Assembly: GCA_052390055.1 (NCBI GenBank)
Contig: JBQTHH010000062.1
Coordinates: 310 to 64,309, forward strand
Source of the DNA: Rhodoferax sp.
Lineage (GTDB): Bacteria > Pseudomonadota > Gammaproteobacteria > Burkholderiales > Burkholderiaceae_C
DNA: 64,000 nt
Reading direction: 5' to 3'
The notes beneath the pieces are model-generated. The model did no database searches and was not told the origin of the DNA. It saw nothing but the letters and a program-made list of their open reading frames with translations. The translations under genes were made by a program, and so were the position numbers. Below are positions 9,640 to 20,506 of the stretch, in pieces. How positions within the stretch are numbered: position 1 is the first letter of the stretch; each line of letters starts with the position of its first letter.

Positions 9640-12264
9640 ATGACCACACCCGTGATGCGTGTTGCCGACATCCGCAAGACCTTTCTCGACTTCTTTGCCG
9701 CCAAGGGCCACACCGTGGTCGCCTCCAGCCCCCTGGTGCCGGGCAACGACCCCACGCTCATGTTCACCAACTCGGGCATGGTGCAGTTCAAGGACGTGTT
9801 CCTGGGCACCGACAAGCGCTCCTACGTGCGCGCCGCTTCCGTGCAGGCCTGCCTGCGCGCCGGGGGCAAGCACAACGACCTGGAAAACGTGGGCTACACC
9901 GCGCGCCACCACACCTTTTTCGAAATGCTGGGCAACTGGAGCTTCGGCGACTACTTCAAGCGCGAGTCCCTGCTGTGGGCCTGGGAGCTGCTGACCCAGG
10001 TCTACCAACTGCCCGCAGAGCGATTGCTGGCCACCGTGTACCAGGAAGACGACGAAGCCTATGACATCTGGACCAAGGTCATCGGCCTGCCCCCTGAGCG
10101 CGTGATCCGCATTGGCGACAACAAGGGCGGGCGCTACAAGAGCGACAACTTCTGGATGATGGCCGACACCGGCCCCTGCGGCCCCTGCAGCGAAATCTTC
10201 TACGACCACGGCGACCACATCCCCGGCGGCCCCCCGGGCAGCCCCGACGAAGACGGCGACCGCTTCATCGAGATCTGGAACAACGTGTTCATGCAGTTCG
10301 ACATGAAGGAAGACGGCTCCGTCACCCCGCTGCCCGCGCCGTGCGTGGACACCGGCATGGGCCTGGAGCGCCTGGCCGCCATCCTGCAGCACGTGCACTC
10401 CAACTACGAAATCGACCTGTTCGACACCCTCATCCAAGCCGCTGCCCGCGAAACCGGCTGTGCCGACCTGGCCCACCCATCGCTGCGCGTGATCGCCGAC
10501 CACATCCGCGCCACCGCCTTCCTGGTGAGCGACGGCGTCATCCCCAGCAACGAAGGCCGCGGCTACGTGCAGCGCCGCATCGTGCGCCGCGCCATCCGCC
10601 ACGGCTACAAGCTGGGCCAGAAAAAACCCTTCTTCCACAAGCTCGTGGCCGACCTCGCCGCCGTGATGGGCGACGCCTACCCCAAGCTGCGCGAGCAGCA
10701 AGAGCGCATCACCGAAGTGCTGCGCATCGAAGAGGAGCGTTTCTTCGAGACCCTGGCCACCGGCATGGAGATCCTGGACGGCGCTCTGGCCGAGGGCGGC
10801 AAAGTGCTGTCCGGCGACATCGCCTTCAAGCTGCACGACACCTTTGGCTTTCCGCTGGACCTGACCAACGACGTCTGCCGCGAGCGCGGCCTGGCCGTGG
10901 ACGAAGCGGGTTTTCATGCCGCCATGGAAAAACAAAAGGCCCAGGCCCGCGCGGCAGGCAAGTTCAAGCAAGACCGCGCGCTCGAATACAGCGGCGCGGG
11001 CAACACCTTCGTCGGCTACGAACAGCTCACCGCTGCCACCAAAGTGGTGGCGCTCTACCTGGAGGGCACGCCCGTGGCCGAACTCAAGGCTGGCCAAAGC
11101 GGGGTGGTGGTGCTGGAAACCACGCCCTTCTACGCCGAGTCCGGCGGGCAGGTGGGCGATGGCGGCGCCATCTTCAGCGACGTGGGCCTGTTCGAAGTGG
11201 CCGATACGCAAAAAATCAAGGCCGACGTATTCGGCCACCATGGCGCCGTCAAGAGTGGCACCTTGGCCGTGGGCGATTCCGTTACCGCCCATGTGGACGC
11301 TGTGGCGCGCGCCGCCACCATGCGCAACCACTCCGTCACCCACCTCATGCACAAGGCCTTGCGCGAAGTGCTGGGCGCGCACGTGCAGCAAAAGGGCTCG
11401 CTGGTCACGCCAGAGCGCACGCGCTTCGACTTTGCCCACAACGCCCCAGTCAGCGCCGAGCAGATCCGCGAGATCGAGGCCCGCGTCAACGCCGAAATCC
11501 TGAGCAACGCCGCCACCCAGGCGCGCGTGATGGACATCGAATCCGCCCAGCAAACCGGCGCCATGATGCTCTTTGGCGAGAAGTACGGCGAAACCGTGCG
11601 CGTGCTCGACATCGGCTCCAGCCGCGAACTGTGCGGCGGCACCCACGTCCAGGCCACGGGCGACATCGGCCTGTTCAAGGTGGTGGGCGAAAGCGGCGTG
11701 GCCGCCGGTGTGCGCCGCATTGAGGCGATCAGCGGCGCCAACGCGCTGGCCTACCTGCAAAGCCTGGAAAGCCAGGTCGAAGGGGCGGCAGCCGCCCTCA
11801 AAGCCCCGGTGGCCGAGGTGGGCGAGCGCCTGGCCCTGGTGCTGGAGCAGGTGCGCGCACTCGAAAAAGAAGTGGCCGCCCTCAAGGGCAAGCTTGCCAA
11901 CGCCCAGGGCGACGAGTTGCTGGCGCAGGCCATCGACCTGCAGGGCGTGAAACTGCTGGCCGCACGCCTGGACGGCGCCGACGTCAAGACCCTGCGCGAG
12001 ACCATGGACAAGCTCAAGGACAAGCTGGGCACCGCCGTCATCGTGCTCGGCGTGGTACAGGGCGACAAGGTGCAGGTGGCCGCAGGCGTCACCGCTGACA
12101 CCACGGCCAAGGTCAAGGCCGGTGAGCTGGTGAACTTTGTCGCTGGGCAATTGGGCGGCAAGGGCGGCGGCAAACCCGATATGGCCATGGCCGGGGGCAC
12201 CGAGCCCGCCAAGCTGCCCCAAGCCCTGGCCAGCGTGCAGGCCTGGGTGCAGGCCAAGCTCTGA
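9640..12264 (+). CDS. alaS: Alanine--tRNA ligase
   Basis: [56 protein letters not shown]. Confidence 0.99.
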   Translation: MTTPVMRVADIRKTFLDFFAAKGHTVVASSPLVPGNDPTLMFTNSGMVQFKDVFLGTDKRSYVRAASVQACLRAGGKHNDLENVGYTARHHTFFEMLGNWSFGDYFKRESLLWAWELLTQVYQLPAERLLATVYQEDDEAYDIWTKVIGLPPERVIRIGDNKGGRYKSDNFWMMADTGPCGPCSEIFYDHGDHIPGGPPGSPDEDGDRFIEIWNNVFMQFDMKEDGSVTPLPAPCVDTGMGLERLAAILQHVHSNYEIDLFDTLIQAAARETGCADLAHPSLRVIADHIRATAFLVSDGVIPSNEGRGYVQRRIVRRAIRHGYKLGQKKPFFHKLVADLAAVMGDAYPKLREQQERITEVLRIEEERFFETLATGMEILDGALAEGGKVLSGDIAFKLHDTFGFPLDLTNDVCRERGLAVDEAGFHAAMEKQKAQARAAGKFKQDRALEYSGAGNTFVGYEQLTAATKVVALYLEGTPVAELKAGQSGVVVLETTPFYAESGGQVGDGGAIFSDVGLFEVADTQKIKADVFGHHGAVKSGTLAVGDSVTAHVDAVARAATMRNHSVTHLMHKALREVLGAHVQQKGSLVTPERTRFDFAHNAPVSAEQIREIEARVNAEILSNAATQARVMDIESAQQTGAMMLFGEKYGETVRVLDIGSSRELCGGTHVQATGDIGLFKVVGESGVAAGVRRIEAISGANALAYLQSLESQVEGAAAALKAPVAEVGERLALVLEQVRALEKEVAALKGKLANAQGDELLAQAIDLQGVKLLAARLDGADVKTLRETMDKLKDKLGTAVIVLGVVQGDKVQVAAGVTADTTAKVKAGELVNFVAGQLGGKGGGKPDMAMAGGTEPAKLPQALASVQAWVQAKL

Positions 12265-12277
12265 TTGCCATCGCTAT

Positions 12278-12326
12278 TGCTACCGTTTTTGTAGCAATCA
12301 ATTCCATTCGGACGCGGGATAAGCCA
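12278..12326 (+). repeat. Dispersed 49-nt element, copy E (intergenic, downstream of alaS)
   Basis: TGCTAC CGTTTTT GTAGC AATCAATTCCATTCG GACGCGGGATAAGCCA; same 6-7-5-15-16 layout, more diverged. Confidence 0.6.
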
Positions 12327-12332
12327 CCATCC

Positions 12333-12911
12333 ATGCCCACCCGCACCGCTACCCGACGCCAACTGTTGCAGCACCTGGGCGTGGGTGCCTGGGCTCTTGC
12401 AGAGGGCTGCGCCTGGGCACAGGGGGCCGCAGAGCCCAGTCCTGGCTTTGTGGTGCAGCGCCTGCGTGCCCAGCGTGTCGCCCCTCTGGCCTGGACCGAT
12501 CTGCACGGCCAGCGCTGGAGCCTGGGTGCCTTGCGCGGACGCGCCGTGCTGCTCAACCTGTGGGCCAGTTGGTGCGCGCCCTGCCGCGAGGAAATGCCCA
12601 CTTTGCAGGCGCTGCAGTCGCAGGTGGGCGCGCAGCGCCTGCAGGTGCTGCTGTTCAACCACCGCGAACCTGCGGCGCGGGTGGGCGCCTTCGTGGCCCA
12701 GCAGGGTTGGAGCCTACCGGTGGTGGCGGACGAACCCGGGGCCATGGCGCGGCACTGGGGTGTGCGCATCTTCCCCAGCAGCGTGTTGATCGATGCGCGC
12801 GGGCGCGAGGTCGCCTTGGTGGTGGGCGCGGTGGACTGGATGGCGCAGCAGGACGCCGCCTGGATGCGGGACTGGCTGGGGCCGTCTGCCCCGGCCCGCT
12901 CAGCCCCCTGA
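12333..12911 (+). CDS. TlpA/ResA-family thiol-disulfide oxidoreductase
   Basis: LLNLWASWCAPCREEMP; twin-Arg-like leader TRRQLL. Confidence 0.9.
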   Translation: MPTRTATRRQLLQHLGVGAWALAEGCAWAQGAAEPSPGFVVQRLRAQRVAPLAWTDLHGQRWSLGALRGRAVLLNLWASWCAPCREEMPTLQALQSQVGAQRLQVLLFNHREPAARVGAFVAQQGWSLPVVADEPGAMARHWGVRIFPSSVLIDARGREVALVVGAVDWMAQQDAAWMRDWLGPSAPARSAP

Positions 12912-13268
12912 GGCTGCCTGCAAACGCTGTGCCAAGGCCCGCACCTCGGCCGCATCCACCACCGTGCTGCTGCCGTCGAGCTGGTTTTGCACCAGACGCT
13001 GCAGCGTCCCCGCGTGGGGCATGACGGTGCCAAAAAAACGCACGATTTCGCCCTGTGTGATGAGCAGGGTGGGGAAGTTCTCCACTTCCACCGGGTCCAC
13101 CCGGTCGGCCTCGTCCTCTATGTCCACCCACTGCCACTGCACCGCGGGCCACTGCGCGGCCATGGCTTCGAACACGGTGCGGTATTCGGTGCAGGTGCCG
13201 CACCACTGGGCGCACAGGCAATACACGCGCAGTGCGTGAGGGGGGGCGTAGGCATCGTGGGCGGGCAT
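12900..13268 (-). CDS. Thioredoxin-like protein
   Basis: CAQWCGTC (WCxxC), WVDIED, VENFPT. Confidence 0.85.
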   Translation of the reverse strand: MPAHDAYAPPHALRVYCLCAQWCGTCTEYRTVFEAMAAQWPAVQWQWVDIEDEADRVDPVEVENFPTLLITQGEIVRFFGTVMPHAGTLQRLVQNQLDGSSTVVDAAEVRALAQRLQAASGG

Positions 13269-13401
13269 GTGTGGCGTCGCAACAAAGAATGGGCTGCGGG
13301 AGGCAGTTTATTGTCACCTTGGTGAGGGACGGGTGCGGGAATCGCTCGCCGGGGTTTTACACTACCGGGTTTTCCCGTACCCGATTATCACAGGGCCATT
13401 C

Positions 13402-14175
13402 ATGAGCGCTTTTCTCGAAGAAACCGTTACCGAAGTTCACCACTGGACCGACCGCCTCTTCAGTTTCAAGACCACCCGTGACCAGGCCCTGCGCTTTTCC
13501 AATGGCCACTTCACCATGATCGGCCTGCGCGTCGACGGCAAGCCCCTGCTGCGCGCCTACAGCATCGTCAGCGCCAACTACGAGGACCATCTGGAGTTCC
13601 TGAGCATCAAGGTGCAGGACGGCCCGCTGACCTCGCGCCTGCAGCACATCAAGGTGGGCGACAAGATCGTGGTGGGCAAGAAGCCCACCGGCACCCTGCT
13701 CATCGACTACCTGCTGCCCGGCAAGAACCTCTACCTCATCGGCACCGGCACCGGCCTGGCGCCCTTCATGTGCATCATCCGCGACCCGGCCACCTACGAG
13801 AAGTTCGAAAAAGTGATCCTGGTGCACGGCGTGCGCGAGGTCAAGGAACTGGCCTACACCGACTACATCCAGTTCGAGCTGCCCGACCACGAATTCTTGG
13901 GCGACATGGTGCGCGAGCAGTTGCTGTACTACCCCACCGTCACCCGCGAACCCTTCCGCAACCAGGGCCGTGTCACCACCTTGATGGAGACCGGCAAGCT
14001 CGAAGCCGACCTGGGCCTGCCCCGCCTGGACGGGTCGCGCGACCGCATCATGATCTGCGGCAGCCCCGCGCTGAACAAGGACATGCGCGAGCTGCTGGAC
14101 AAAATGGGCTTCACCGAAGGCTCCACCACCTCCCCGGGCGACTACGTGGTCGAGCGCGCTTTCGTCGAACAGTAA
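13402..14175 (+). CDS. fpr: Ferredoxin--NADP+ reductase
   Basis: RAYSIVS, GPLTSRL, GTGTGLAPF, MICGSP, YVVERAF. Confidence 0.95.
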   Translation: MSAFLEETVTEVHHWTDRLFSFKTTRDQALRFSNGHFTMIGLRVDGKPLLRAYSIVSANYEDHLEFLSIKVQDGPLTSRLQHIKVGDKIVVGKKPTGTLLIDYLLPGKNLYLIGTGTGLAPFMCIIRDPATYEKFEKVILVHGVREVKELAYTDYIQFELPDHEFLGDMVREQLLYYPTVTREPFRNQGRVTTLMETGKLEADLGLPRLDGSRDRIMICGSPALNKDMRELLDKMGFTEGSTTSPGDYVVERAFVEQ

Positions 14176-14184
14176 GCCCCCAGC

Positions 14185-15204
14185 ATGGCCCAGTACGATT
14201 TGTACGCCATCGGCAACGCGCTGGTGGACTCCGAATACGAGGTGTCGGACGCCCAATTGCAGGCCCTGGCGGTGGAAAAGCGCCACATGACGCTGATCGA
14301 CGCCGAACGCCGTGCCCACCTGCTCGCAGGCGTGGGCCAGCGCCACGCGCGGCGCACCGGCGGCGGCTCGGCGGGCAACACCGTGGTGGCCCTGTCCCAG
14401 CTGGGCGGCAGGGGTTTCTATTCCTGCCGCGTGGCCGACGATGATCTGGGCCATTTCTACCGCGCTGACCTGGGCCTCAATGGTGTGGACAGCAACCTGG
14501 TCAACGGCCTGGCCCAAACCGGCCAGACCGGCACCTGCATGGTGCTGGTCACGCCCGACGCCGAACGCAGCATGAGCACCTACCTGGGCGCTACCTCCGA
14601 ACTGGAGGCGTCAGCGTTGCGCCCCGAGGCCATCCGCCGCTCCAAGGTCTACTACATGGAAGGCTATCTTGCCGCCCAGACCGAGGGCTTGGCCGCTGCG
14701 CTGCAGGGCCGCGCCATTGCGCGCGAGGCCGGGGTGCTGCTGGCCAGCACGCTCAGCGACATGAGCATGATCAACTTCTGCCGCCCCGGGCTGGAAGCCA
14801 TCGTGGGCAATGCGCAAACAGGCCTTCTCGACTACCTCTTTTGCAACGAAGAGGAGGCCCAGGTCTGGTGCGGCCACCAGGCCATCGACGCCGTGTGCGA
14901 CGCCATGGCGGGCCTGGCACGCACCGTGTGCCTGACACGCAGCGCCAAGGGCTGCATCGTCATCGAGGGCAGCGAGCGCACCGCAGTCTCTGCGGCCCAG
15001 GTGCGCGCGGTGGACACCAATGGCGCGGGCGACATGTTTGCCGGTGCCTTCCTGTTTGCCGTCACGCAAGGCTACAGCCACGCGCAAGCCGCCCGCCTGG
15101 CCAACGACTGCGCCGGCCAGGTGGTGGCCCAGTACGGCAACCGCCTGCAGCGCGAGCAGTTGCAGGCCTTGCGCCAAGAGTTCGAGCGAGCGCGCCGCGC
15201 CTGA
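14185..15204 (+). CDS. PfkB-family kinase (adenosine kinase-like)
   Basis: GGSAGNT and DTNGAGDMFAG motifs. Confidence 0.9.
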   Translation: MAQYDLYAIGNALVDSEYEVSDAQLQALAVEKRHMTLIDAERRAHLLAGVGQRHARRTGGGSAGNTVVALSQLGGRGFYSCRVADDDLGHFYRADLGLNGVDSNLVNGLAQTGQTGTCMVLVTPDAERSMSTYLGATSELEASALRPEAIRRSKVYYMEGYLAAQTEGLAAALQGRAIAREAGVLLASTLSDMSMINFCRPGLEAIVGNAQTGLLDYLFCNEEEAQVWCGHQAIDAVCDAMAGLARTVCLTRSAKGCIVIEGSERTAVSAAQVRAVDTNGAGDMFAGAFLFAVTQGYSHAQAARLANDCAGQVVAQYGNRLQREQLQALRQEFERARRA

Positions 15205-15243
15205 CGGCCCGGAAGGGCGGGCCCCGCTTGGGTGGGCCCGAAG

Positions 15244-17451
15244 TCAGGCCGCGCCAGGCGCGTCTTCCCCCCGGCTGTTGCGCCGCTGCACCGGATACGG
15301 CGGCAGGCCTTGCAGCATGCGCCGCCCGTAGGCGGTTTGCGTCAGGCGCTTGTCGTAGCACACCACTTCGGCGCGGTCGTCTTCGGTGCGGATGGCGCGT
15401 CCGCTCCATTGCAGCAGCTTGATGCCCGCCGCTGGCACGGCCAAAGCGTTGAACGGGTCGGTGCCGATGCGGCGCAGCCATTCCGCGCGGGCTTCGTCCA
15501 CCGGGTCGGTGGGGGAGCCGAAGGGCAGCTTGGCAATGAACACGGTCTCGCACAAGGCGCCGGGCAGGTCCAGCCCCTCGCCAAAAGACTGCAGGCCGAA
15601 CAGCACCGAGGGGTTGCCGGCCTCCACCCGGGCCGTGTGCGCCGCCAGCAGCTTGGTGCGCGACTGCGTGCCCTGCACCAGCACGCGCTCGCGCAGCGTC
15701 GCTGGCAGCGCTTCGGTGGCGGCGCGCATTTGCGCCTTGGAAGTGAACAGCACCAGTGCCCCCCGGCGCACAGCGGCAATGTCGCGCAGCAGCACGCGCA
15801 CCATCTCTTCGGTATAGGCCTGCGCATCGCGCGGTTCGGCCTGGGTGTGCACCACGGTGAGGCTGCCCTGCGTACGGTAGTCGAAGGGGCTGTCCACGGC
15901 GCGGGTCTGGACCCAGTCTGCCCCCATGAGACCGGCCTCGCGCAGGAAATAGTCGAAACTGCCGCAACTGGTCAGCGATGCGCTGGTGACCACCGCTGCG
16001 CGCACCTGGCTCCATAGAAACTGGCGCAGCAGGTCCCCCGGCACGATCGGGCAGGCGTGCGCGGTGACGGTCAGGAAGTCGCCGCCGCTGTCCACGCTGA
16101 GCCACTTGGCCAGGGGCTGCTCGCCGTGTTCGAGCAGCAGGCCGGCGGTGCTTTCCAGGCTGTCTACGCGCGGCGCCAGCGCGCCCAGGCGCGCGTACTG
16201 CTGCGCGCACAGTGCGGCCATGCCGGGGTCTTCCTTGGCCAGGGCCTTGGCCTGCAGTCCCAGGTTTTGCAGCACCTTGCGCAAGCCCTGGGCCTGGGCG
16301 TGCACCTGGGTGACGGGCTCCACCAGTTCGGTGGGCAACACGCCGTGGGCAAGGCGCCAGCGGCCATCCTGCCCCTGGCCGTGTGCGTTGCGCCCGGTGT
16401 GCTCCCACACCAGTTCCATGGCCATGCGCGCCAACTGCGTCAGTACCGCCTTGAGCTGGGTGCACAGGGTGGCCACGTCTTCGCCCACCACCAGTTGCAG
16501 GCGCATGGCCACCTCTTGCATGGTCTTTGGCAGTTTGTCCAGCCAGCGCAGGTTGCTCAGGTCCATGGCGCTGGAGAACTGGTCCAGCGCCACGGCGGGC
16601 AGGTGATGGCCTTCGTCGAACACCAGCAGGCATTTGTCCAGGTCCGGCAGCGTCTTCATGCCCAGCGAGGCCAGTACCAGGTCGTGGTTGACCACGATCA
16701 CCTGGGCCTGCGCCAGGTTGGCGCGCGCCTGGTAGTAGCTGCAATCACGAAAACGCGGGCATTGGCGCGTGGTGCAGGAGTGGCGCTCGGCCGCGATCGG
16801 GGCCCAGTCCGCGCCTTCGGGTTGCAGGGCCAGGTTGTCGCGGTCGCCGTCCCAGGCGTTGGTCGCCAGCTTGCTGGCCAGTGATTCGTAGAGCTTGAAA
16901 CGCCGCTCCATCGGGTCTTCTTGCCCTGGGGTGCGCGCGGGGGCGGCGGGCAGGTCTTCAAACAATTCGTCGGCGCTACCGCCCCAGCCTGCAAAGCGTT
17001 CGAGCTTGAGCTTGCACACATAGCGTCCGCGTCCTTTGGCCAGCGCGTAACGAAAGGGTGTGGGCATGTTCGCCGCCAGCGCGGGCAGGTCTTTGTGCAT
17101 GAGCTGCTCTTGCAGCGCCACCGTGGCGGTGGAGATCAGCACCCGGGTGTTGCGCAGCAGCGCCAGCGTGATGGCGGTGCTGGCATAGGCGGCCGACTTT
17201 CCCACCCCGGTGCCAGCCTGCACCACGGCCAGCGCCCTGCGCGGCTGGGGGTGTTCGCCCAGGTCGCCGCTGGAGAGGGCCTGCGCCACCGCTTCGGCCA
17301 TGTGGTGCTGGCCTTCGCGCACCCGAAACCCCGGCGTGTGGCCGACCATATATTCAAAAGCCTGCAAGGCCTGTTGCTGCAGGGCCTGTACCGTCAGGGG
17401 GCAGCCAGGGGCGGCGGTGGGGCTGGCGGTTTCTTCAACGGTCTCGGACAT
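15244..17451 (-). CDS. dinG: ATP-dependent DNA helicase DinG
   Basis: QAGTGVGKS, Fe-S cysteines (YVC...SCTTRQC...C), VFDEGHH, GEGLDLPG, QWSGRAIR. Confidence 0.93.
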   Translation of the reverse strand: MSETVEETASPTAAPGCPLTVQALQQQALQAFEYMVGHTPGFRVREGQHHMAEAVAQALSSGDLGEHPQPRRALAVVQAGTGVGKSAAYASTAITLALLRNTRVLISTATVALQEQLMHKDLPALAANMPTPFRYALAKGRGRYVCKLKLERFAGWGGSADELFEDLPAAPARTPGQEDPMERRFKLYESLASKLATNAWDGDRDNLALQPEGADWAPIAAERHSCTTRQCPRFRDCSYYQARANLAQAQVIVVNHDLVLASLGMKTLPDLDKCLLVFDEGHHLPAVALDQFSSAMDLSNLRWLDKLPKTMQEVAMRLQLVVGEDVATLCTQLKAVLTQLARMAMELVWEHTGRNAHGQGQDGRWRLAHGVLPTELVEPVTQVHAQAQGLRKVLQNLGLQAKALAKEDPGMAALCAQQYARLGALAPRVDSLESTAGLLLEHGEQPLAKWLSVDSGGDFLTVTAHACPIVPGDLLRQFLWSQVRAAVVTSASLTSCGSFDYFLREAGLMGADWVQTRAVDSPFDYRTQGSLTVVHTQAEPRDAQAYTEEMVRVLLRDIAAVRRGALVLFTSKAQMRAATEALPATLRERVLVQGTQSRTKLLAAHTARVEAGNPSVLFGLQSFGEGLDLPGALCETVFIAKLPFGSPTDPVDEARAEWLRRIGTDPFNALAVPAAGIKLLQWSGRAIRTEDDRAEVVCYDKRLTQTAYGRRMLQGLPPYPVQRRNSRGEDAPGAA

Positions 17452-17556
17452 GATGGGTGGGCGGCACTATACCGGATACACCTCGCAGTCTGCTTTGAAC
17501 CACAAGCCGACACGGTTGGACACTGCCCAGACACGGACAACCCGGGTTCCGGGGGA

Positions 17557-18795
17557 TCACACTTTTCCTTCGTGGTGGCGGAAGGCGCGCCAAAGCGCCA
17601 GGTCATACGCGATCTTCAGCGCTCCGCACAGCACCAGCGGGGCCGCCAGCGCCCCGGCAGCCAGCAGCGCCCCACCAAGCGAGGGGCTGGCGGCTGCAGC
17701 CAGGCTGCGCGGCACAGCGGTAAAACTTGCTGCCGCCGCCCGCTCGGGCGCTGTCACCACCGCCATCACATAGGCCGCGCGGGTGGGCACATCCATCTGC
17801 GACAGGGCACTGCGGGCGAACAAAAAGGCCAGCGCCCATTCCACACCCGGCACCAGGGCGGCAGCGATCAGGCAGAGATTGGCTGGAATGTGCGTGAACA
17901 CCATGGTACTGAGCAGGCCCACACGCTGCGCAACCCAGGGCGCAAGCCATTGTGAGGCTGTCGTCAGCAACCCGGCCCAGAAGAAAAAGCTTGCCGCCGC
18001 CGAGAGCGACAAGCCATGGCGCTCGAACAGCCACAACGCCAGCAACGAGTGCAGCACCAGACCGCCAGCAAAGGCATCCACGCTGAAGAGTGCGGCAAGC
18101 TTGACGACCGTGCGGCGCGAAGGCCCCAGCGGCTGCGGCGCAGCGTCCGCAGTGCCCGCAGCCGCATCCAAGCGGCGGTAGAGCAACCAGACTGCAACTC
18201 CGATGGCGGCGTAAAGAATGAACATCGCGCGCAGCGCGTCGAGCATGGGGCGGGCGCTCCATGCCGCAACCCAGGCCGGAGTAGCTGCCGCCAGTGCGCC
18301 ACAAGCGGCGCACAACGAACCGATCACCGTGTAGCGGGCCAACAGCCGCGTGCGTACCCCACCCTGGGCCGCAGCCGCCAGCCGCGCCTGTTCGAGCGGC
18401 AAAAAGACGCTCACGTCCCCCGAACTCGGGTTGAGCGTGCCGAAAAACGCGACCACCGCCAGGGGCCAGAACGTCGCCAGGCCGGCAAAGCCTATGCCGG
18501 TGCCCACCATCAGCGCGGCCGCTGTCGGCAGCAGACGGCGTTGTGGCCAGCGATGACCAAGGGCGCCGATGGCCAGGGTGGCCAAGGCCGAGCCCACCAG
18601 AGTTGCTGTGCCAAGCAAGCCGACTTCCATGGCGTCAAAGCCCAGTGCCAACAAATAGGCTGGCAGCAGCACCGCCATGTAGCCATCGGCAAAGGCGCGC
18701 AGACCGCGGCCCACCAGAATCACCCAGACAGAGCGCTCGGCCCCACTGGGCAGTAGCCAGTGGGCGCGCCGGATAGACTGGGTTTGGGGGGACAT
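17557..18795 (-). CDS. MFS transporter (chromate-cluster associated)
   Basis: About 12 TM helices, GTLNPSSGDVSVFLPLEQ, ALSQMDVPTR; start abuts the stop of the upstream gene. Confidence 0.85.
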   Translation of the reverse strand: MSPQTQSIRRAHWLLPSGAERSVWVILVGRGLRAFADGYMAVLLPAYLLALGFDAMEVGLLGTATLVGSALATLAIGALGHRWPQRRLLPTAAALMVGTGIGFAGLATFWPLAVVAFFGTLNPSSGDVSVFLPLEQARLAAAAQGGVRTRLLARYTVIGSLCAACGALAAATPAWVAAWSARPMLDALRAMFILYAAIGVAVWLLYRRLDAAAGTADAAPQPLGPSRRTVVKLAALFSVDAFAGGLVLHSLLALWLFERHGLSLSAAASFFFWAGLLTTASQWLAPWVAQRVGLLSTMVFTHIPANLCLIAAALVPGVEWALAFLFARSALSQMDVPTRAAYVMAVVTAPERAAAASFTAVPRSLAAAASPSLGGALLAAGALAAPLVLCGALKIAYDLALWRAFRHHEGKV

Positions 18796-19269
18796 CTAGC
18801 CTTGCGCCTGGCCGCCCGGGCTGCGCAGCAAAGCCCCGGCTGTGCGCAATCGGATCTGGGCGCAGTGGGCGTATAGGGCGTCGTAGATCACCATGCCGTG
18901 CCGGAGCATCTCGTGGTCATCCTCGAAATTGAGGGATAGCCCCTGCGAGATCGCCAGTAGGCCAGCGGCTTCCTTGGAAAGCTCGGGCCGAGCGGTGTCG
19001 GCGCCGCGCACGATGTTCGCCAGCTTGTGCAAGGGTGGATCGGTCAACTGGTATTTGGCGATGAAGGCATCGAAGCTGCATTCGTCGCCATGGTGGCCCA
19101 GCTCCACGCTAGGCACGTCATAGGCCGTGGCCCCGGTTTCAGCAGCGATGCGCAGGACATCACCCGCAGGTACGTAAAGAAACTCCGGGCTCTCGTCAAT
19201 GAAGCGGGCGATCAGCCAAGGGCAGGCGATGCGGTCGATCTTGGGGCGCTCGCGGGTAATCCATTGCAT
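18796..19269 (-). CDS. Chromate resistance protein, ChrB C-terminal-domain only (ChrF-like)
   Basis: MQWITRERPKIDRIACPWLIARFID, CSFDAF, YDALY; similar to the C-terminal half of the ChrB in the same cluster. Confidence 0.85.
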   Translation of the reverse strand: MQWITRERPKIDRIACPWLIARFIDESPEFLYVPAGDVLRIAAETGATAYDVPSVELGHHGDECSFDAFIAKYQLTDPPLHKLANIVRGADTARPELSKEAAGLLAISQGLSLNFEDDHEMLRHGMVIYDALYAHCAQIRLRTAGALLRSPGGQAQG

Positions 19270-19333
19270 GGCAATCCCTTTTGAATACGTTCTTGTGGCT
19301 GTTTCCGAATTTGTTGCGGTTCGCAATTCCCCT

Positions 19334-20506
19334 TCAGGCAGTATGCATGAAGGGGTAGATGCTCAGCCCGGCCAGCGCCGCCACGAGGACAACGACCGGC
19401 TCCTTGACCACTTTGTAGCGCCACAATACGAAAGCGGAGATCAAGGCCAGCAGCGCGGTCGGGATATCGACCACCGCGCGTTGCGCCAGCACGACGACAG
19501 AGCCGGCAATGGCCCCAATGGCAGCGGCCGTGATGCCGTCCACAAACGCCATCAGCGCCGGATGTTTGCCATATTTTTTGAAATACGGGGCAGGCAGGAT
19601 CGTCAGCAGGTAGCATGGCAGGAAGGTCGCCATCGCCGCGATGCAGGCACCGGGTAGCCCAGCCACCAGATACCCAATGAAGGCGGTGGTGATGACCACC
19701 GGGCCCGGCGTGATCATGGCCACCGCCACCGCATCGACAAACTGCTGTTCGGTCAGCCATTTGTATTCCGTTACCACACCGCCATACAGGAAAGGCACGA
19801 TGGCCAGCCCCGAGCCGAAGACAAAGGCGCCAGCCTTGGTAAAGAACAGTGCAATCTGGACCAGGGTATTGCCGTCGGTGGCGGCGGTCAGCGCGATCTT
19901 GGGTAGCGCTGCGGGTGCCACTGCTACCGACAGGGGGGTTGACGAACGAAAGCGCGGTTTACAGCGGATCAGCCAGACCAGTATCCCGGCGGCGATGAAC
20001 AGCGAGGCGATTTCCGACTCGGTGACGATGGTGACAATCGCCAAACCGAGAAAAATCCCCCACAACAGCTTGTCCTTGCCGATGCTTTTGGTGGTGAGCT
20101 TGTGTGTGCTGATGGCGATGATGCCGATCACGGCAGCCCCAACGCCGTAGAACACCGATTGCATCCAGGTGAGGCCACCGAAGCGCACATAGGCCCAGCC
20201 CAGCACCAGCACCATCAGGAACGAGGGCAGCACAAAGGCCAGTCCGGCCAGCGTAGCTCCACGCACGCGGTAGTGCACATAACCCAGATAAATGGCCAGT
20301 TGTGCCGCCAGCGGACCGGGCGCGATCTGTGACAGCGCCAGGCCTTCTTTGTAATCGGAGTCCGTAATCCACTGCCGTTGATCGACCAGGTCGCGGTGCA
20401 TGTAGCCGACCAATGCCACCGGCCCGCCAAAGCCGATGGCGCCAAGTTTGAGGAAATACAAGACCAGTTGCCACAGGGTATAGGGCGGATGGGTTTGCTC
20501 ATTCAT
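19334..20506 (-). CDS. chrA: Chromate efflux transporter ChrA
   Basis: Two CHR repeats: FGGPVALVGYM...APGPLAAQ and FGSGLAIVPF...TPGPV. Confidence 0.95.
   Translation of the reverse strand: MNEQTHPPYTLWQLVLYFLKLGAIGFGGPVALVGYMHRDLVDQRQWITDSDYKEGLALSQIAPGPLAAQLAIYLGYVHYRVRGATLAGLAFVLPSFLMVLVLGWAYVRFGGLTWMQSVFYGVGAAVIGIIAISTHKLTTKSIGKDKLLWGIFLGLAIVTIVTESEIASLFIAAGILVWLIRCKPRFRSSTPLSVAVAPAALPKIALTAATDGNTLVQIALFFTKAGAFVFGSGLAIVPFLYGGVVTEYKWLTEQQFVDAVAVAMITPGPVVITTAFIGYLVAGLPGACIAAMATFLPCYLLTILPAPYFKKYGKHPALMAFVDGITAAAIGAIAGSVVVLAQRAVVDIPTALLALISAFVLWRYKVVKEPVVVLVAALAGLSIYPFMHTA

Noticed and set aside
8959-12222. 1087-aa minus-strand ORF
   Set aside because: Antisense shadow of alaS caused by high-GC codon bias; only its last 137 codons (hemerythrin) look like a real gene.
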